From: Phycisphaerae bacterium
GTDB lineage: Bacteria > Planctomycetota > Phycisphaerae > UBA1845
DNA: 64,000 nucleotides
Assembly (NCBI GenBank): GCA_963666835.2
Contig: CAXXGO010000006.1
Coordinates: 2,240,001-2,304,000 of the forward strand
Direction: 5' to 3'
The notes beneath the pieces were generated by a model that worked only from the letters and a program-made list of their open reading frames with translations, was not told where the DNA came from and did not search any database. The position numbers and the translations under genes were made by a program. Of this stretch, positions 46,787 through 56,841 are shown in pieces (positions within the stretch are counted from its first letter, which is position 1; the number at the start of each line of letters is the position of its first letter).

Positions 46787-47922
46787 CTTCGCTTGAAACC
46801 GCAGAGCTTAACGGTTCCTGCAGCGCGGGTGGGCCGGCCCGGGACAGTCTCAGGGCATTGGCTCTGGAGGCGCTGGGCCGAATGTACCGCTCGGACAGAG
46901 GTCTGTTCGCGTTTCGATTGCGCGGGCCAAGCGATCGCGAACTGCTCGAAGGCGAAAGTCGACGGTACACGGCGATTGCGCTTATTGGCTTGAGCACGCA
47001 GGACGAGGCGACCGGCAGAGGCGTGCTCGGCGGTGAGAGCGCCTGCGATGTTTGCCGGCGTCTGCTCGATGGCGTCAGTGACAGTGAGAACCTCGGTGAC
47101 GTGGCCCTGGTGCTTTGGGCGGCGCTGGCTCTGCATATTGACGAAGCGGGCAGAGCCTGCGATCGCATGCGAGTCCTTCAACCGTGTGACGGCTCTCATC
47201 CGACGGTCGAGTTGGCATGGGCTTTGACGTCCTTGGCGGTTGATGCGGGATTCGGTGAGACGGAAGAGAGACTTCGCCACGATATTGCCGAGATGCTCTT
47301 ATCGTCGTTCGTGTCGGCGTCCGAGATGTTTTCGCATTGGCCGACCGGTGCCAACCGCGGGTCATGGCGGTCCCATGTGAGCTGCTTCGCGGACCTTGTT
47401 TACCCGATCCAGGCACTGGCCCACCATTACATGTGTACGTCGGATCAAAGGGCCATCGCGATTGCGCAGCGCTGCGCGACGCGCCTGTGCAGTTTGCAGG
47501 GGGCATCGGGTCAGTGGTGGTGGCATTACGACGTGCGAACCGGGCAAGTGATCGAACGCTATCCTGTGTACGCGGTTCATCAGGATGCAATGGCTCCAAT
47601 GGCGCTCCTCGCTTTGAACGAAGCGGGAGGGGGGGGCTTTGACTCGGCGATCGAGCGGGGGTTTCGCTGGCTGAATGACCCGCCCGAGCTGGCGGGATCG
47701 TTGATCGACCACGCTTGTGGCGTAATCTGGCGCAAAGTGGCGCGACGCGAACCCGGCAAGGTGTCGCGCGGAGTTCAGGCCCTTGCCAGTCGCGTTCACC
47801 CGCGGTTGCGCGTGCCGGGGCTCGGGGCGGTCCTTCGGCCCGGTCGGATCGACTACGAATGCAGGCCATACCATCTTGGCTGGTTGCTGTACGCCTTGTC
47901 GGATCGGCGGCCCGGCTCGTGA
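46783..47922 (+). CDS. Conserved EPS-locus protein, probable alpha/alpha-toroid
   Basis: FADLVYPIQAL, GQWWWHYD, YPVYAVHQDAMAP, ECRPYHLGW; ATGA coupling to wza. Confidence 0.55.
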   Translation: MTSLETAELNGSCSAGGPARDSLRALALEALGRMYRSDRGLFAFRLRGPSDRELLEGESRRYTAIALIGLSTQDEATGRGVLGGESACDVCRRLLDGVSDSENLGDVALVLWAALALHIDEAGRACDRMRVLQPCDGSHPTVELAWALTSLAVDAGFGETEERLRHDIAEMLLSSFVSASEMFSHWPTGANRGSWRSHVSCFADLVYPIQALAHHYMCTSDQRAIAIAQRCATRLCSLQGASGQWWWHYDVRTGQVIERYPVYAVHQDAMAPMALLALNEAGGGGFDSAIERGFRWLNDPPELAGSLIDHACGVIWRKVARREPGKVSRGVQALASRVHPRLRVPGLGAVLRPGRIDYECRPYHLGWLLYALSDRRPGS

Positions 47923-48728
47923 TGGTGGGCAGCGATGTGCGGCCGTGGCCTGTCTGCACTTTTTCGGGCGTCCCTATTCACGCGTTGACGATGCGTCAGG
48001 CGATTTCGATCGTCGACGAGACTATCGAACAGCGTGGTCGCTTGCTTATCGGCGTAGTGAATGCTGCCAAGATGGTTAATATGCGGCGCGATGAGTCTCT
48101 GCGCCGAGCGGTGCTGGGTTGCGATGTCATTCTGGCCGACGGCATGGCGGTAGTGTGGGCGAGTCGGATTCTGCGGCGGGGACTGCCTGAGCGAGTTCCG
48201 GGAATCGACCTGATGCACGGAATCCTGCAGCGCGGCGACGATCGCCACTACCGCGTCTATCTCCTCGGGGCGACGGACGAGGTGCTTCGCGTGTCGGCTG
48301 CCCGGATTGCCGAAGACTACCCGCGTGTGGCTTTGGTGGGGACCCGAAACGGGTATTTCGAACCCGACGAGGAAGCGGAGATTGCGGCGGAGATACGAGC
48401 GGCGCGGCCGGACGTTGTCTTCGTGGCGATGAGCCCGCCTAAGAAAGAGCTGTTCATGGCGCGTTGGTTTGCGACGCTTGACGCGCCTGTGTGCCACGGT
48501 GTTGGCGGTGCATTGGACGTTCTTGCCGGAAAAGTCCAGCGCGCTCCGAAACGCTGGCAACGTTTCGGCTTAGAGTGGCTCTACCGGGTCAAGCAGGAAC
48601 CCCGCCGCATGTGGCGGCGATACTTGGTTACCAATACGCTGTTTTGCGGGATGGTGCTCAGGGAGTTGTTCACTCCCGGCCAAGCCGCCCGTGAGGAACT
48701 GCGTACATCGGGCCGTACACGAGAGTAG
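47922..48728 (+). CDS. WecB/TagA/CpsF family glycosyltransferase
   Basis: ADGMAVVWA, ERVPGIDL, PKKELF, GVGGALD, RAP..GLEWLYR..EPRRMWRRY. Confidence 0.92.
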   Translation: MVGSDVRPWPVCTFSGVPIHALTMRQAISIVDETIEQRGRLLIGVVNAAKMVNMRRDESLRRAVLGCDVILADGMAVVWASRILRRGLPERVPGIDLMHGILQRGDDRHYRVYLLGATDEVLRVSAARIAEDYPRVALVGTRNGYFEPDEEAEIAAEIRAARPDVVFVAMSPPKKELFMARWFATLDAPVCHGVGGALDVLAGKVQRAPKRWQRFGLEWLYRVKQEPRRMWRRYLVTNTLFCGMVLRELFTPGQAAREELRTSGRTRE

Positions 48729-48764
48729 GATGCCCGTCGCCGGGTTGCTCCAAGAAAGTCAGCC

Positions 48765-49958
48765 GTGTTATCTCGGGAGGAATGCAAAACGGAGCGCGCG
48801 TTGGCTGGAACTGTCGTAGCGGAAAAGCCGCCTCTGACCGTCGATCTCGTGACGGACTACGAGGACTTTCTGGGGCTCGCTCCGGAATGGGATGAGTTAC
48901 TCGCGGCCAGTCGTCTGAACATCGTTTTCCTTACGCATGCCTGGTTTCGGTGTTGGTGGGAGGCGTTCGGCGGCGACAGCCGACTGCACATTGTATGCGT
49001 GAGAGACCACGGTCGACTCGTGGGTATTGCTCCGCTACATCTGTGCAGGTCGCGGTTTCGAGGCTTGCCGGTGCGGAAGCTCGCTTTCATGGCGAATGCC
49101 TATTCGGGGGACGGGGATTTTATCGTTGCTTCTCCGGAGCGACCGGTGCTCCGGGCGATTCTGAATTACTTGGCCGAGGGCCGCGGCGTTTGGGATTTGC
49201 TCGAGCTGGCGCGCGTTCGCGATGACTCGCCCTTGCGGGAAGAGCTTGCGGATGCAACGCGCGTTTGTAAGCTGCGCTACGTTGTGCGGCCGGACATCGA
49301 GGTTCCCTACATGCCGATTGAGGGGGACTGGCCGGCGTTTCTGGCGCAGCGTTCGCGAAGTTTCAGGAAGGCGTACAACAAGAGAACCAACCGGATCGAC
49401 AAGCACGAGGAGCCGGTGAAAGTCGTCAGGCTGTCTTCGCCGGAGGACGTCAAGGCGGCGTTTCCGGCTGTTCTGGACGTTTCCTCCAGGAGTTGGAAGG
49501 CCGCCAGGGGGCGGGCGATTACGGATGAAGCTGGTGCGGTCGATTTCCTTGAGCGACTTTCGTCGCTGGCTGATCGAGGTTCCGCCGTCGTGTGGGCGGT
49601 CCTCGCCGGATCGCGCATGATCGCATTTGAGTTTCACGTTAGCCATAACGGGGTTACCTATCCGATCCGCGCGGATTTTGATGAGACGTATGGGGCCCTT
49701 TCACCCGGCGCCCATTTGGAGTATTCGATCATTCGGACGTTGTTTGAAGACCGCGCAAGGAGCATCCGGGAGTATAACACGTGTGCCGACGGCTACGCGT
49801 ATGAGCTTCGCTGGACGGACAAGCTGCGGTTGCACGAACGAATCTGGATCTTCGCGCCGTCGTGGTATCGGATGGTTCTGTACCCGCTCGGACGGTTACG
49901 CGGCTACCATCGCAACGGCCACACCAGGAAGGCGACCAGTTGTCGATCAGCGCGGTGA
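48765..49958 (+). CDS. GNAT-fold acyltransferase (CelD/BcsL-like)
   Basis: WDELL..IVFLTHAWF, LVGIAPL, LSPGAHL. Confidence 0.78.
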   Translation: MLSREECKTERALAGTVVAEKPPLTVDLVTDYEDFLGLAPEWDELLAASRLNIVFLTHAWFRCWWEAFGGDSRLHIVCVRDHGRLVGIAPLHLCRSRFRGLPVRKLAFMANAYSGDGDFIVASPERPVLRAILNYLAEGRGVWDLLELARVRDDSPLREELADATRVCKLRYVVRPDIEVPYMPIEGDWPAFLAQRSRSFRKAYNKRTNRIDKHEEPVKVVRLSSPEDVKAAFPAVLDVSSRSWKAARGRAITDEAGAVDFLERLSSLADRGSAVVWAVLAGSRMIAFEFHVSHNGVTYPIRADFDETYGALSPGAHLEYSIIRTLFEDRARSIREYNTCADGYAYELRWTDKLRLHERIWIFAPSWYRMVLYPLGRLRGYHRNGHTRKATSCRSAR

Positions 49959-50024
49959 AGCAACGGTTCGTGACCTTCTTGTCGTTCTGCGGCAACGGCC
50001 GAAGGATGGACTTGGCAGGTTCAT

Positions 50025-51251
50025 GTGACTGACGACTGCATTGATGCCGGCGAGAGGAATGCACGCGGGTCGATTCGCGGTCTTTCGCGGATAGTCAAGC
50101 TGGCCGGGAAAGGGCTTTTCGGTGCTGTGCGGGAAGCGCCCGGTGCTCTGCGCCGAGAGTACGACTGCCGCACAGGCAAGAGAACAAGTGCCAACCTGAT
50201 CCTCACGTGGGGATGTACGTCGAAGTGTGCTTGCTGTACCGCGTGGCGCCGGACGCGCCATAAAGACCGCGAGCTGAGCTGTGCCGAGTGGATCGAGGTC
50301 GCCAGGAAGTTGGTTTCCCTGGGCGCTGGAACGTTCGAGCTGTTTGGCGGAGATATCTTCCTGCGGAAAGACGTGGTTATTCCGCTGGTCAGGGAGCTCA
50401 AGCTGCTTGGATGCGAAGTTCATACCGCGACGAATAGCAATCTGATAGACCCTCAAACAGCCGAAGCGCTGAGTGAGTGCCTCGACGTCATATATATATC
50501 GACCGACGGGGTCGGAGAATTGCACGACCGGGTTCGGGGTGTACAAGGTACGTTTGGCCGGGTGGACCGCGGTCTCGGGCAGTTCGTGAAGGCACGCGGG
50601 CAAGGGAACCGGCCAAGACTCATCTGCAACACGACGGTATCGCGCTACAACGTTTGCTCTCTGGCGAGAATTGCGGAGTTTGCGGCACGCGCCGGGTACG
50701 ATCAGATCGACTTTGAGTATGTAGGTGAGTTTACGGACGAGATTGTGGCCCGGTCGCGGATCGGAGAATACGAGCCGTCGCCGATCTTCAGGCGCATAGG
50801 GGAGTCATCGCTTGTGCTCGAAGACGCTGTTTCCGTCTTGCGCGAGCAACTGAGGCTGGCAAAACAGTACGATGGTCCGGCAATGGGGGGGGCGAAGCAG
50901 TTTCGGGTGAACACGATCAATATCGATGTGCTTTCCGACAGCGATATCGTCCACGGTACGGTGCCGAGCGGACGTTGCTTCGTAGAACGCCGTGAGGTTG
51001 TGATCGACCCGTATGGTAGTATTGCGCCGTGCTACTTCTTTGATACCTTCAGCTTGGGGAACGTACGCGACGGTGCGCTGGATCGATCCCTGGAAACGCC
51101 GGATCGAGCCCGGTTCCGCAGCTACCGTGATCGGGGACGCTTGGAGATGTGTAAGCACTGCATTCACAATGTTGCGCGGAACTGTGGTTTTATCGATACC
51201 GTAAAACGGGAGTTCATGGAGCGCCTTCGGTATTGGAGAGTATACCGATAG
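50025..51251 (+). CDS. Radical SAM/SPASM protein
   Basis: CTSKCACC; STDG...HDRVRGVQG; C-terminal C..IDPYGSIAPC..LGNV..CKHC. Confidence 0.88.
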   Translation: MTDDCIDAGERNARGSIRGLSRIVKLAGKGLFGAVREAPGALRREYDCRTGKRTSANLILTWGCTSKCACCTAWRRTRHKDRELSCAEWIEVARKLVSLGAGTFELFGGDIFLRKDVVIPLVRELKLLGCEVHTATNSNLIDPQTAEALSECLDVIYISTDGVGELHDRVRGVQGTFGRVDRGLGQFVKARGQGNRPRLICNTTVSRYNVCSLARIAEFAARAGYDQIDFEYVGEFTDEIVARSRIGEYEPSPIFRRIGESSLVLEDAVSVLREQLRLAKQYDGPAMGGAKQFRVNTINIDVLSDSDIVHGTVPSGRCFVERREVVIDPYGSIAPCYFFDTFSLGNVRDGALDRSLETPDRARFRSYRDRGRLEMCKHCIHNVARNCGFIDTVKREFMERLRYWRVYR

Positions 51252-51988
51252 CCGTGATCGCTTCGGGAGAGTATACCGTCCTTCGAGAAGCACTAGGCAG
51301 GATTCGTAACGACGGGGTCTTCACCTTGGGCGCGAAGATCGCGCGACGGCTGGGGAATGTAGTGTTGAGGACGAACTCGGCCGATTGGTATTATACGGAC
51401 CTGTCGCAGGCTGCTGATTACTGCACTGTTTCCCGTCAGGAGGCAGTAGTCGACTTCAACGCAACGAAAGAGGTTATTGCCTGGCTCAGGCAGATTCGAG
51501 GCGAGTTTCCCTGGGCTTGGGTACAAGAGGAACTGGATATCGCGCGGGAGTATAATCACGTATTCGCGCGCCTCCGGATGGGCGAGGAAGCGGTCGGATA
51601 CGTGAAGATCGGGCTGACACGGTCCTATGTTACGGATTTTGCGCGGTGCATCGCGGTGCCCGAGGCGTCGGCGTACATCTACGATACTTTCGTGCATCCG
51701 GAACGTCGCGGGCGCGGACTGGCCACGTTTCTGCTTCTGCAAACACAGGATTTTCTGCGCCGGCAGAACACCCGGTTCGTGTGGTCTCACATACCGAGGT
51801 GGAATCACGCGTCGATCGGGGCGTACAGGCGGGCGGGGTTCGCCGAGGTGAAGCACGTTCGATACGTGCGGTTTATGGGCTTGAGGCTGTTTTCGCATCA
51901 TCCGGAGCGGCTGATGCGATGCGCCGAGGACGGCTTGTTGCGGAGTCTGAGCCGCAGGCAGCATGAGGGCGGGGGTGTTGACAGTTAG
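51233..51988 (+). CDS. GNAT N-acetyltransferase
   Basis: YIYDTFVHPERRGRGLA, NHASIGAYRRAGF. Confidence 0.88.
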   Translation: MESIPIAVIASGEYTVLREALGRIRNDGVFTLGAKIARRLGNVVLRTNSADWYYTDLSQAADYCTVSRQEAVVDFNATKEVIAWLRQIRGEFPWAWVQEELDIAREYNHVFARLRMGEEAVGYVKIGLTRSYVTDFARCIAVPEASAYIYDTFVHPERRGRGLATFLLLQTQDFLRRQNTRFVWSHIPRWNHASIGAYRRAGFAEVKHVRYVRFMGLRLFSHHPERLMRCAEDGLLRSLSRRQHEGGGVDS

Positions 51989-54047
51989 AGACGGCAACGC
52001 GGACCGGATTCCGGTCGTTTTGACGATCGATACCGAGCCGGACAATGCTTGGGAGAACCACCACAATACGAGCGTGGCCAACGTGCAGGAACTTCTTCGT
52101 CTGCAGGAGTTGCTCGACAAGTACGGAGCGAAAGCTACGTGCTTGGTCACGTACCGAGTGATCCAGGATGATCGGGCCGTAAGTGTGTTGCGACAGCTTG
52201 TGGAGCACGGCGGGGCGGAGATCGGCGCCCACCTTCACCCGTGGGAGACTCCCCCGTTCATGGACTCCGGCGTGGACGTGCGATACCAGACCTATCCGCA
52301 TGAACTGCCGGTAGACGTGTTCGAGCAGAAGCTTACGTGTCTGACGGAGGCGATTGCGCGACGTTTTGGCCGGCCCACCTCTTACCGCGGAGGGCGGTGG
52401 GGGCTGGCGGCGGAGCACCTGCCGATTCTGGAACGCCTGGGGTACGAGGTGGATACGTCGGTAATGCCGTTGGAAGACTGGCGGCGTACGCCGGGCGTAC
52501 CGAAGTGTGAAAACGGGCGTGGTGGGATCGACTACCGCTTCGCGCCGATCGGGCCGTATTACCCGTCTTATGAGAGCGTTACGGACGAAGGCGATGCTCG
52601 GATTCTGGAGCTTCCGGTCAGCGTGGGGTTTACTCGCCGCACATCTCGCGCGGTGCGAGAGGTTTGGAGGCACCTGCCGTCGTTTCTGAAACGAGGGCTC
52701 GGTAAGTTGGAGGTTTTGCGGCCAGTCTGGGCCGTGCCTGCCGAGGAGCGGTGCGACCGGTTGGTTGACATGCTGCAGTATGCCATTGGTGTGCTTCCGT
52801 GCATTACTATTGCAGTGCATTCTTCCGAGCTGGCCTTGGGCGGTTCGCCGCGGAGCCGTACGAGCGGGCAGATCGACGAGGTGTTCAGACGCATAGACCG
52901 AATGCTGGATGTTCTTGCCGGGAGCGGTCGTTGTCAGTTTCGTACGATGTCCGACGCCTGTTGCCGATGGCGCGCAGGGGGCCGAGAGCCGGCACAGCCC
53001 AAGCAGTTATGCGGGGCGGTATCGGTGTCGGATTGCGACTCCGCCTCGACCGTGACTAACCCGGTTCAGCCGAGCGAAACGGAGCTGGTATATATTCTGG
53101 CGGCGAGCCACTCCGGTTCAACCTTGTTGGCAATGTTGCTCGGGGCGCATTCGGAGACATGCACGGTCGGAGAGTTGAAGGCTACTTCGCTTGGGAATCG
53201 TGAGACGTATCTCTGCTCCTGCGGTGTACGTATCAGAGGCTGCGAGTTCTGGCGCGAAGTAAGCGCGGAGATGGCGCGCCGCGGCGTCGCGTTCGACATA
53301 ACTGACGCCGGCATCGATATTCGGACGGGCGCTACGTTCTATGTGCGAAAGCTCCTGCAGCCGCTGCATCGTACGAGACGTTGGGAGTGCCTTAGGGACC
53401 TGCTGCTTAACTTGTCGCCGACTTGGCGGGCGAACTTGCCGAGGCTGCAACGGCGTAACCGAATCCTGGTCGAGACCCTGTGCCACTGTTGTAAGGCGCG
53501 CGTTATCATCGATTCCTCAAAGATCGGTCTGCGGCTGAAGTACTTGCTCCAGGATCCTGAACTGAACGTCAAAGTTGTACGGCTGATCCGAGACGGCCGG
53601 GCTGTCGCTCTGACCTATTGCAACCCACGCCTGTATGCGGGGGGCGTTGAAGCCGATGTGTCCGGCGATACGAGCCGAGAGGTTCTACCGGAAGATCCGC
53701 GTTCGATGAAGAAGGCGGCCTATGAATGGCGTCGCAGCAATGAGGAAGCCGAGTGCATCTTGAGCGGTTTGCCGACGTCGCAATGGGCGGAGGTGCGGTA
53801 CGAGGAGCTTTGCGCTGCTCCCGAGCAGACTCTGGATCGCCTGAGTAATTTCCTTAACCTCGATCCGGAGCGGCGTCTTCGGGATTTCCGCGCGCGCGCC
53901 CGACACGTTGTGGGAAACAGCATGCGGCTCGCGACGGCCGAAGGGATCAAGCTTGACGAACGGTGGCGCGCGGTGCTGACCGCTGAAGATCTGCGTGTTT
54001 TCGATGCCGTAGCCGGCCGGATGAACCGTCGATATGGTTATGTGTAA
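51963..54047 (+). CDS. Fused polysaccharide deacetylase + sulfotransferase
   Basis: LTIDTE, EIGAHLHPW, YRGGRW (deacetylase-like); SHSGSTLL, IIDSSK, LIRDGRAV, RYEELC (PAPS sulfotransferase). Confidence 0.82.
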   Translation: MRAGVLTVRDGNADRIPVVLTIDTEPDNAWENHHNTSVANVQELLRLQELLDKYGAKATCLVTYRVIQDDRAVSVLRQLVEHGGAEIGAHLHPWETPPFMDSGVDVRYQTYPHELPVDVFEQKLTCLTEAIARRFGRPTSYRGGRWGLAAEHLPILERLGYEVDTSVMPLEDWRRTPGVPKCENGRGGIDYRFAPIGPYYPSYESVTDEGDARILELPVSVGFTRRTSRAVREVWRHLPSFLKRGLGKLEVLRPVWAVPAEERCDRLVDMLQYAIGVLPCITIAVHSSELALGGSPRSRTSGQIDEVFRRIDRMLDVLAGSGRCQFRTMSDACCRWRAGGREPAQPKQLCGAVSVSDCDSASTVTNPVQPSETELVYILAASHSGSTLLAMLLGAHSETCTVGELKATSLGNRETYLCSCGVRIRGCEFWREVSAEMARRGVAFDITDAGIDIRTGATFYVRKLLQPLHRTRRWECLRDLLLNLSPTWRANLPRLQRRNRILVETLCHCCKARVIIDSSKIGLRLKYLLQDPELNVKVVRLIRDGRAVALTYCNPRLYAGGVEADVSGDTSREVLPEDPRSMKKAAYEWRRSNEEAECILSGLPTSQWAEVRYEELCAAPEQTLDRLSNFLNLDPERRLRDFRARARHVVGNSMRLATAEGIKLDERWRAVLTAEDLRVFDAVAGRMNRRYGYV

Positions 54048-54059
54048 GAGCGAAGCGGC

Positions 54060-55670
54060 GTGGCGAAAGGAATAGATAAACGCGATTGCGCAATCCCGCA
54101 AATGGCCGCAGGCGGGGATGTTGGTGGGTCCGGACAAGAGCGTATCACTGCGAACGTCATAGCAAGTTGGGCCGGGCAATTGGTGTTTATTGCGGCCGGC
54201 TTTGTTCTGCCGCGGTTCATGGACCGCCATCTCGGCCAAGTGGCTCTCGGTGTATGGGACTTCGCTTGGTCCGTGGTAGGGTATTTCGGCCTCGTGCAGG
54301 CCGGGGTCGGCTCATCGGTGAACCGGTACGTGGCGAAGTACCGTTCTGCCGGCGATACCGAGGGGTTGCAGTGTGCGATGGCTTCGGTGAATTGCGTCCT
54401 GCTGACAGCGGCGGGAGTGATTGTGGTGCTGTCAGTTGCTGTCAGCAGGTTACTGCCCGGGTTTGCGGCGCGGCATTTGGGTGAGTACATCGCTGAGGCC
54501 CAATCTGTTGTTCTTCTGCTTGGTTTGGCTTTGGCGATTCAGATCGCCTTCGTTGTGTACTCCGGCGTTATTACGGGATGTCATCGCTGGGGTCTCCATA
54601 ACGGTATCAATTCGGCGTTCTACGCCGCGAGCATCGGAGTCATGGTAATAGCACTCACCCGTGGAGGTGGATTGACGACGCTGGCTGCGGTCTACTGCAG
54701 TGGGGTGGCGTTGACGGAAGTCACCCGTCTTTTTGCAGCGCATCGGATTTGTCCGGAATTGCGCGTGCATTGGAGGCTTGCCCGCTGGTCCGTTGCGCGC
54801 CGGATGATGAGTTTCGGCGGTAAGACGTTCGTTCCACGGGTCGCCGAGCTGATGCTGAACCAGACTGTGAGCATTCTCATCGTAGCCTATACCGGCCCGG
54901 CCTCGTTGGCGCTCTATTCGCGACCGCGGGCGCTCGTTCGGCATGTGCGTACGTTGGTTGGTAAACTGGCATTCGTTTTGACGCCGGTGGCGAGCGCGAT
55001 GCAAGCCACGGCGGATCGGGAACAGGTATGCAAGCTGCTGACGGATTCTGTCAGATACGCCGCGTACCTTGCGTTTCCCATGATTCTGGTGCTGATCATA
55101 CTCGGTGAGCCCATCCTGAGCGTGTGGATGGGACCGGAGTATGCGGTGGGGTCGGTTATAGCTATTCTGGCCGTTGGGTTTCTGGCAACGGTGACGAATC
55201 AGCCGATTCTGAGCATTCTAACAGGCCTGAACGCGCATGGCAGGCCGGGCTTCGCCCGCCTTGGGGGCTCGATTTGTGCGGTGGGGTTTGCCGTCCTGGC
55301 GCTCGGGCCTTTTGGGTGGGGGCTGCCGGGGGCGGCCGCGGCGATATCGGTTCCTCTGACTGTTGTGGATGGCGTGTACTTGCCGATTCTTGCGTGCCAA
55401 CGGCTTGGGCTTCCGCTTCGCACGTATCTGCTCAAAGCGTTCAGTGGTCCGGTGGGTTGCGCCGTTCCATTCGCTGCGTGTCTAGTATTTGCGCGGGCCG
55501 TCTTTGCCGATCGAGCATTGGCTGCTCTGGTGTGCGGTATGACGGTGGGCGGCCTCGTTCTGATGGTGGCCTACTGGAGGTACGCATTACCCGGCAGTTT
55601 GCGTCGTCGGATTACGGGTGTATTTGGCGGGGCGATGTCGCGCATTGCCGGCGTCAAGCCCAGGGCGTAG
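54060..55670 (+). CDS. wzx: Oligosaccharide flippase (Wzx/MOP family)
   Basis: Many TM segments; NVIASWAG, SSVNRYVA, MMSFGG, ILSVWMGPEY. Confidence 0.82.
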   Translation: MAKGIDKRDCAIPQMAAGGDVGGSGQERITANVIASWAGQLVFIAAGFVLPRFMDRHLGQVALGVWDFAWSVVGYFGLVQAGVGSSVNRYVAKYRSAGDTEGLQCAMASVNCVLLTAAGVIVVLSVAVSRLLPGFAARHLGEYIAEAQSVVLLLGLALAIQIAFVVYSGVITGCHRWGLHNGINSAFYAASIGVMVIALTRGGGLTTLAAVYCSGVALTEVTRLFAAHRICPELRVHWRLARWSVARRMMSFGGKTFVPRVAELMLNQTVSILIVAYTGPASLALYSRPRALVRHVRTLVGKLAFVLTPVASAMQATADREQVCKLLTDSVRYAAYLAFPMILVLIILGEPILSVWMGPEYAVGSVIAILAVGFLATVTNQPILSILTGLNAHGRPGFARLGGSICAVGFAVLALGPFGWGLPGAAAAISVPLTVVDGVYLPILACQRLGLPLRTYLLKAFSGPVGCAVPFAACLVFARAVFADRALAALVCGMTVGGLVLMVAYWRYALPGSLRRRITGVFGGAMSRIAGVKPRA

Positions 55671-55681
55671 CCCAGCGGACT

Positions 55682-56827
55682 ATGGCGATAACAATCATCC
55701 GATACTGGGGTAGCAACTTCAAGCGGGCCGGGCATAGCGATCTGTTTGCCCGTATCTTTCGCGAGGCTGCGGTCAAGGGCTGGCGCAGTTGCTTGGTATG
55801 CAGTCACCCACCCGAGGATTCAAGTTGGCTGGAGCCGCTGCGGGAGGTAGGCACGCAGATAGAGTATCTTCCGCGACCAAGGCGGAACTTCGACGTGGGA
55901 TGCATGCGGCGCGTCGCGCGATTGTGCCGGAAACTTAAGTGCGATGTCTTCCATTGTGACAACATGCACACGAGTCCTCTTATCGGGAGTACATTAGCCA
56001 GGGTGCCAGTGCGGTTGTGGTCGAAGCGAGCGATGAACCCGGTTTTTGAAACGGGGCGGAAGCCGACATTTCGCGACCGCTTGGTGCCGAGCCTGCGCTT
56101 GTCCTGTTGGTTGGCGACCAAGACACTGGCCGTGTCGCGTGCCGTCAAGGACGAACTCGTGGAGTTGGGGATCGCGGAAAGGAGGTTGATGGTTCTGCCG
56201 AATCCGGTAGACATAAAGCCGCCTGGAAGTCTCGATCGCGATGGTACCCGAGCTGCGCTTGGGTATAGCGACGGTGAATTCGTGATTTCGACGGTAGGCC
56301 ACGCCGTTCCGGTGAAGGGCTGGGATGTGCTGCTGAGGGCGTTTGGGGCGATCGCAGGCGAGGTGCCCGAAGCGCGATTACTGTTCGTGGGGAGTACGGT
56401 TTCCGCGGAGGAAAAAGCCTGGACCCAGGTTTTGCGAAAGACAATCATGGAGTTGCGCCTGTCAGCGCGAGTGAGGTTCGTCGGGGACATAGACGACGTA
56501 CCGTCTGTGTTGGCAGCGTCTGATCTCTTCGTGCTTCCGTCGCGGTCGGAAGGTTATGGTATGGCGTTGACGGAAGCCCTGGCCGGCGGCCTTCCGTGTA
56601 TTGCGACTCGCGTCGGGGTCGCGCCGGATCTTATTCGGGACGGCCAGAACGGTTTTCTGGTCGCGCGCGAGGATGCCAAGGCGCTGGCCGATTACATGCT
56701 ACGGTTGGCTCGGGATAAGGATGACCGCGAGAGAATGTCGCGCGTCGCCCGATCAGAGAGAGTGGCACCCAGCACTGGTGAGTATGCCAGCCGGGTTGTT
56801 GCCTTGTATGAAACGCTGCTGGCATAA
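55682..56827 (+). CDS. Glycosyltransferase family 4
   Basis: VKGWDVLLRAF, SDLFVLPSRSEGYGMALTEALAGGLP. Confidence 0.9.
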   Translation: MAITIIRYWGSNFKRAGHSDLFARIFREAAVKGWRSCLVCSHPPEDSSWLEPLREVGTQIEYLPRPRRNFDVGCMRRVARLCRKLKCDVFHCDNMHTSPLIGSTLARVPVRLWSKRAMNPVFETGRKPTFRDRLVPSLRLSCWLATKTLAVSRAVKDELVELGIAERRLMVLPNPVDIKPPGSLDRDGTRAALGYSDGEFVISTVGHAVPVKGWDVLLRAFGAIAGEVPEARLLFVGSTVSAEEKAWTQVLRKTIMELRLSARVRFVGDIDDVPSVLAASDLFVLPSRSEGYGMALTEALAGGLPCIATRVGVAPDLIRDGQNGFLVAREDAKALADYMLRLARDKDDRERMSRVARSERVAPSTGEYASRVVALYETLLA

Positions 56828-56841
56828 CGGAATAGGCGGGA

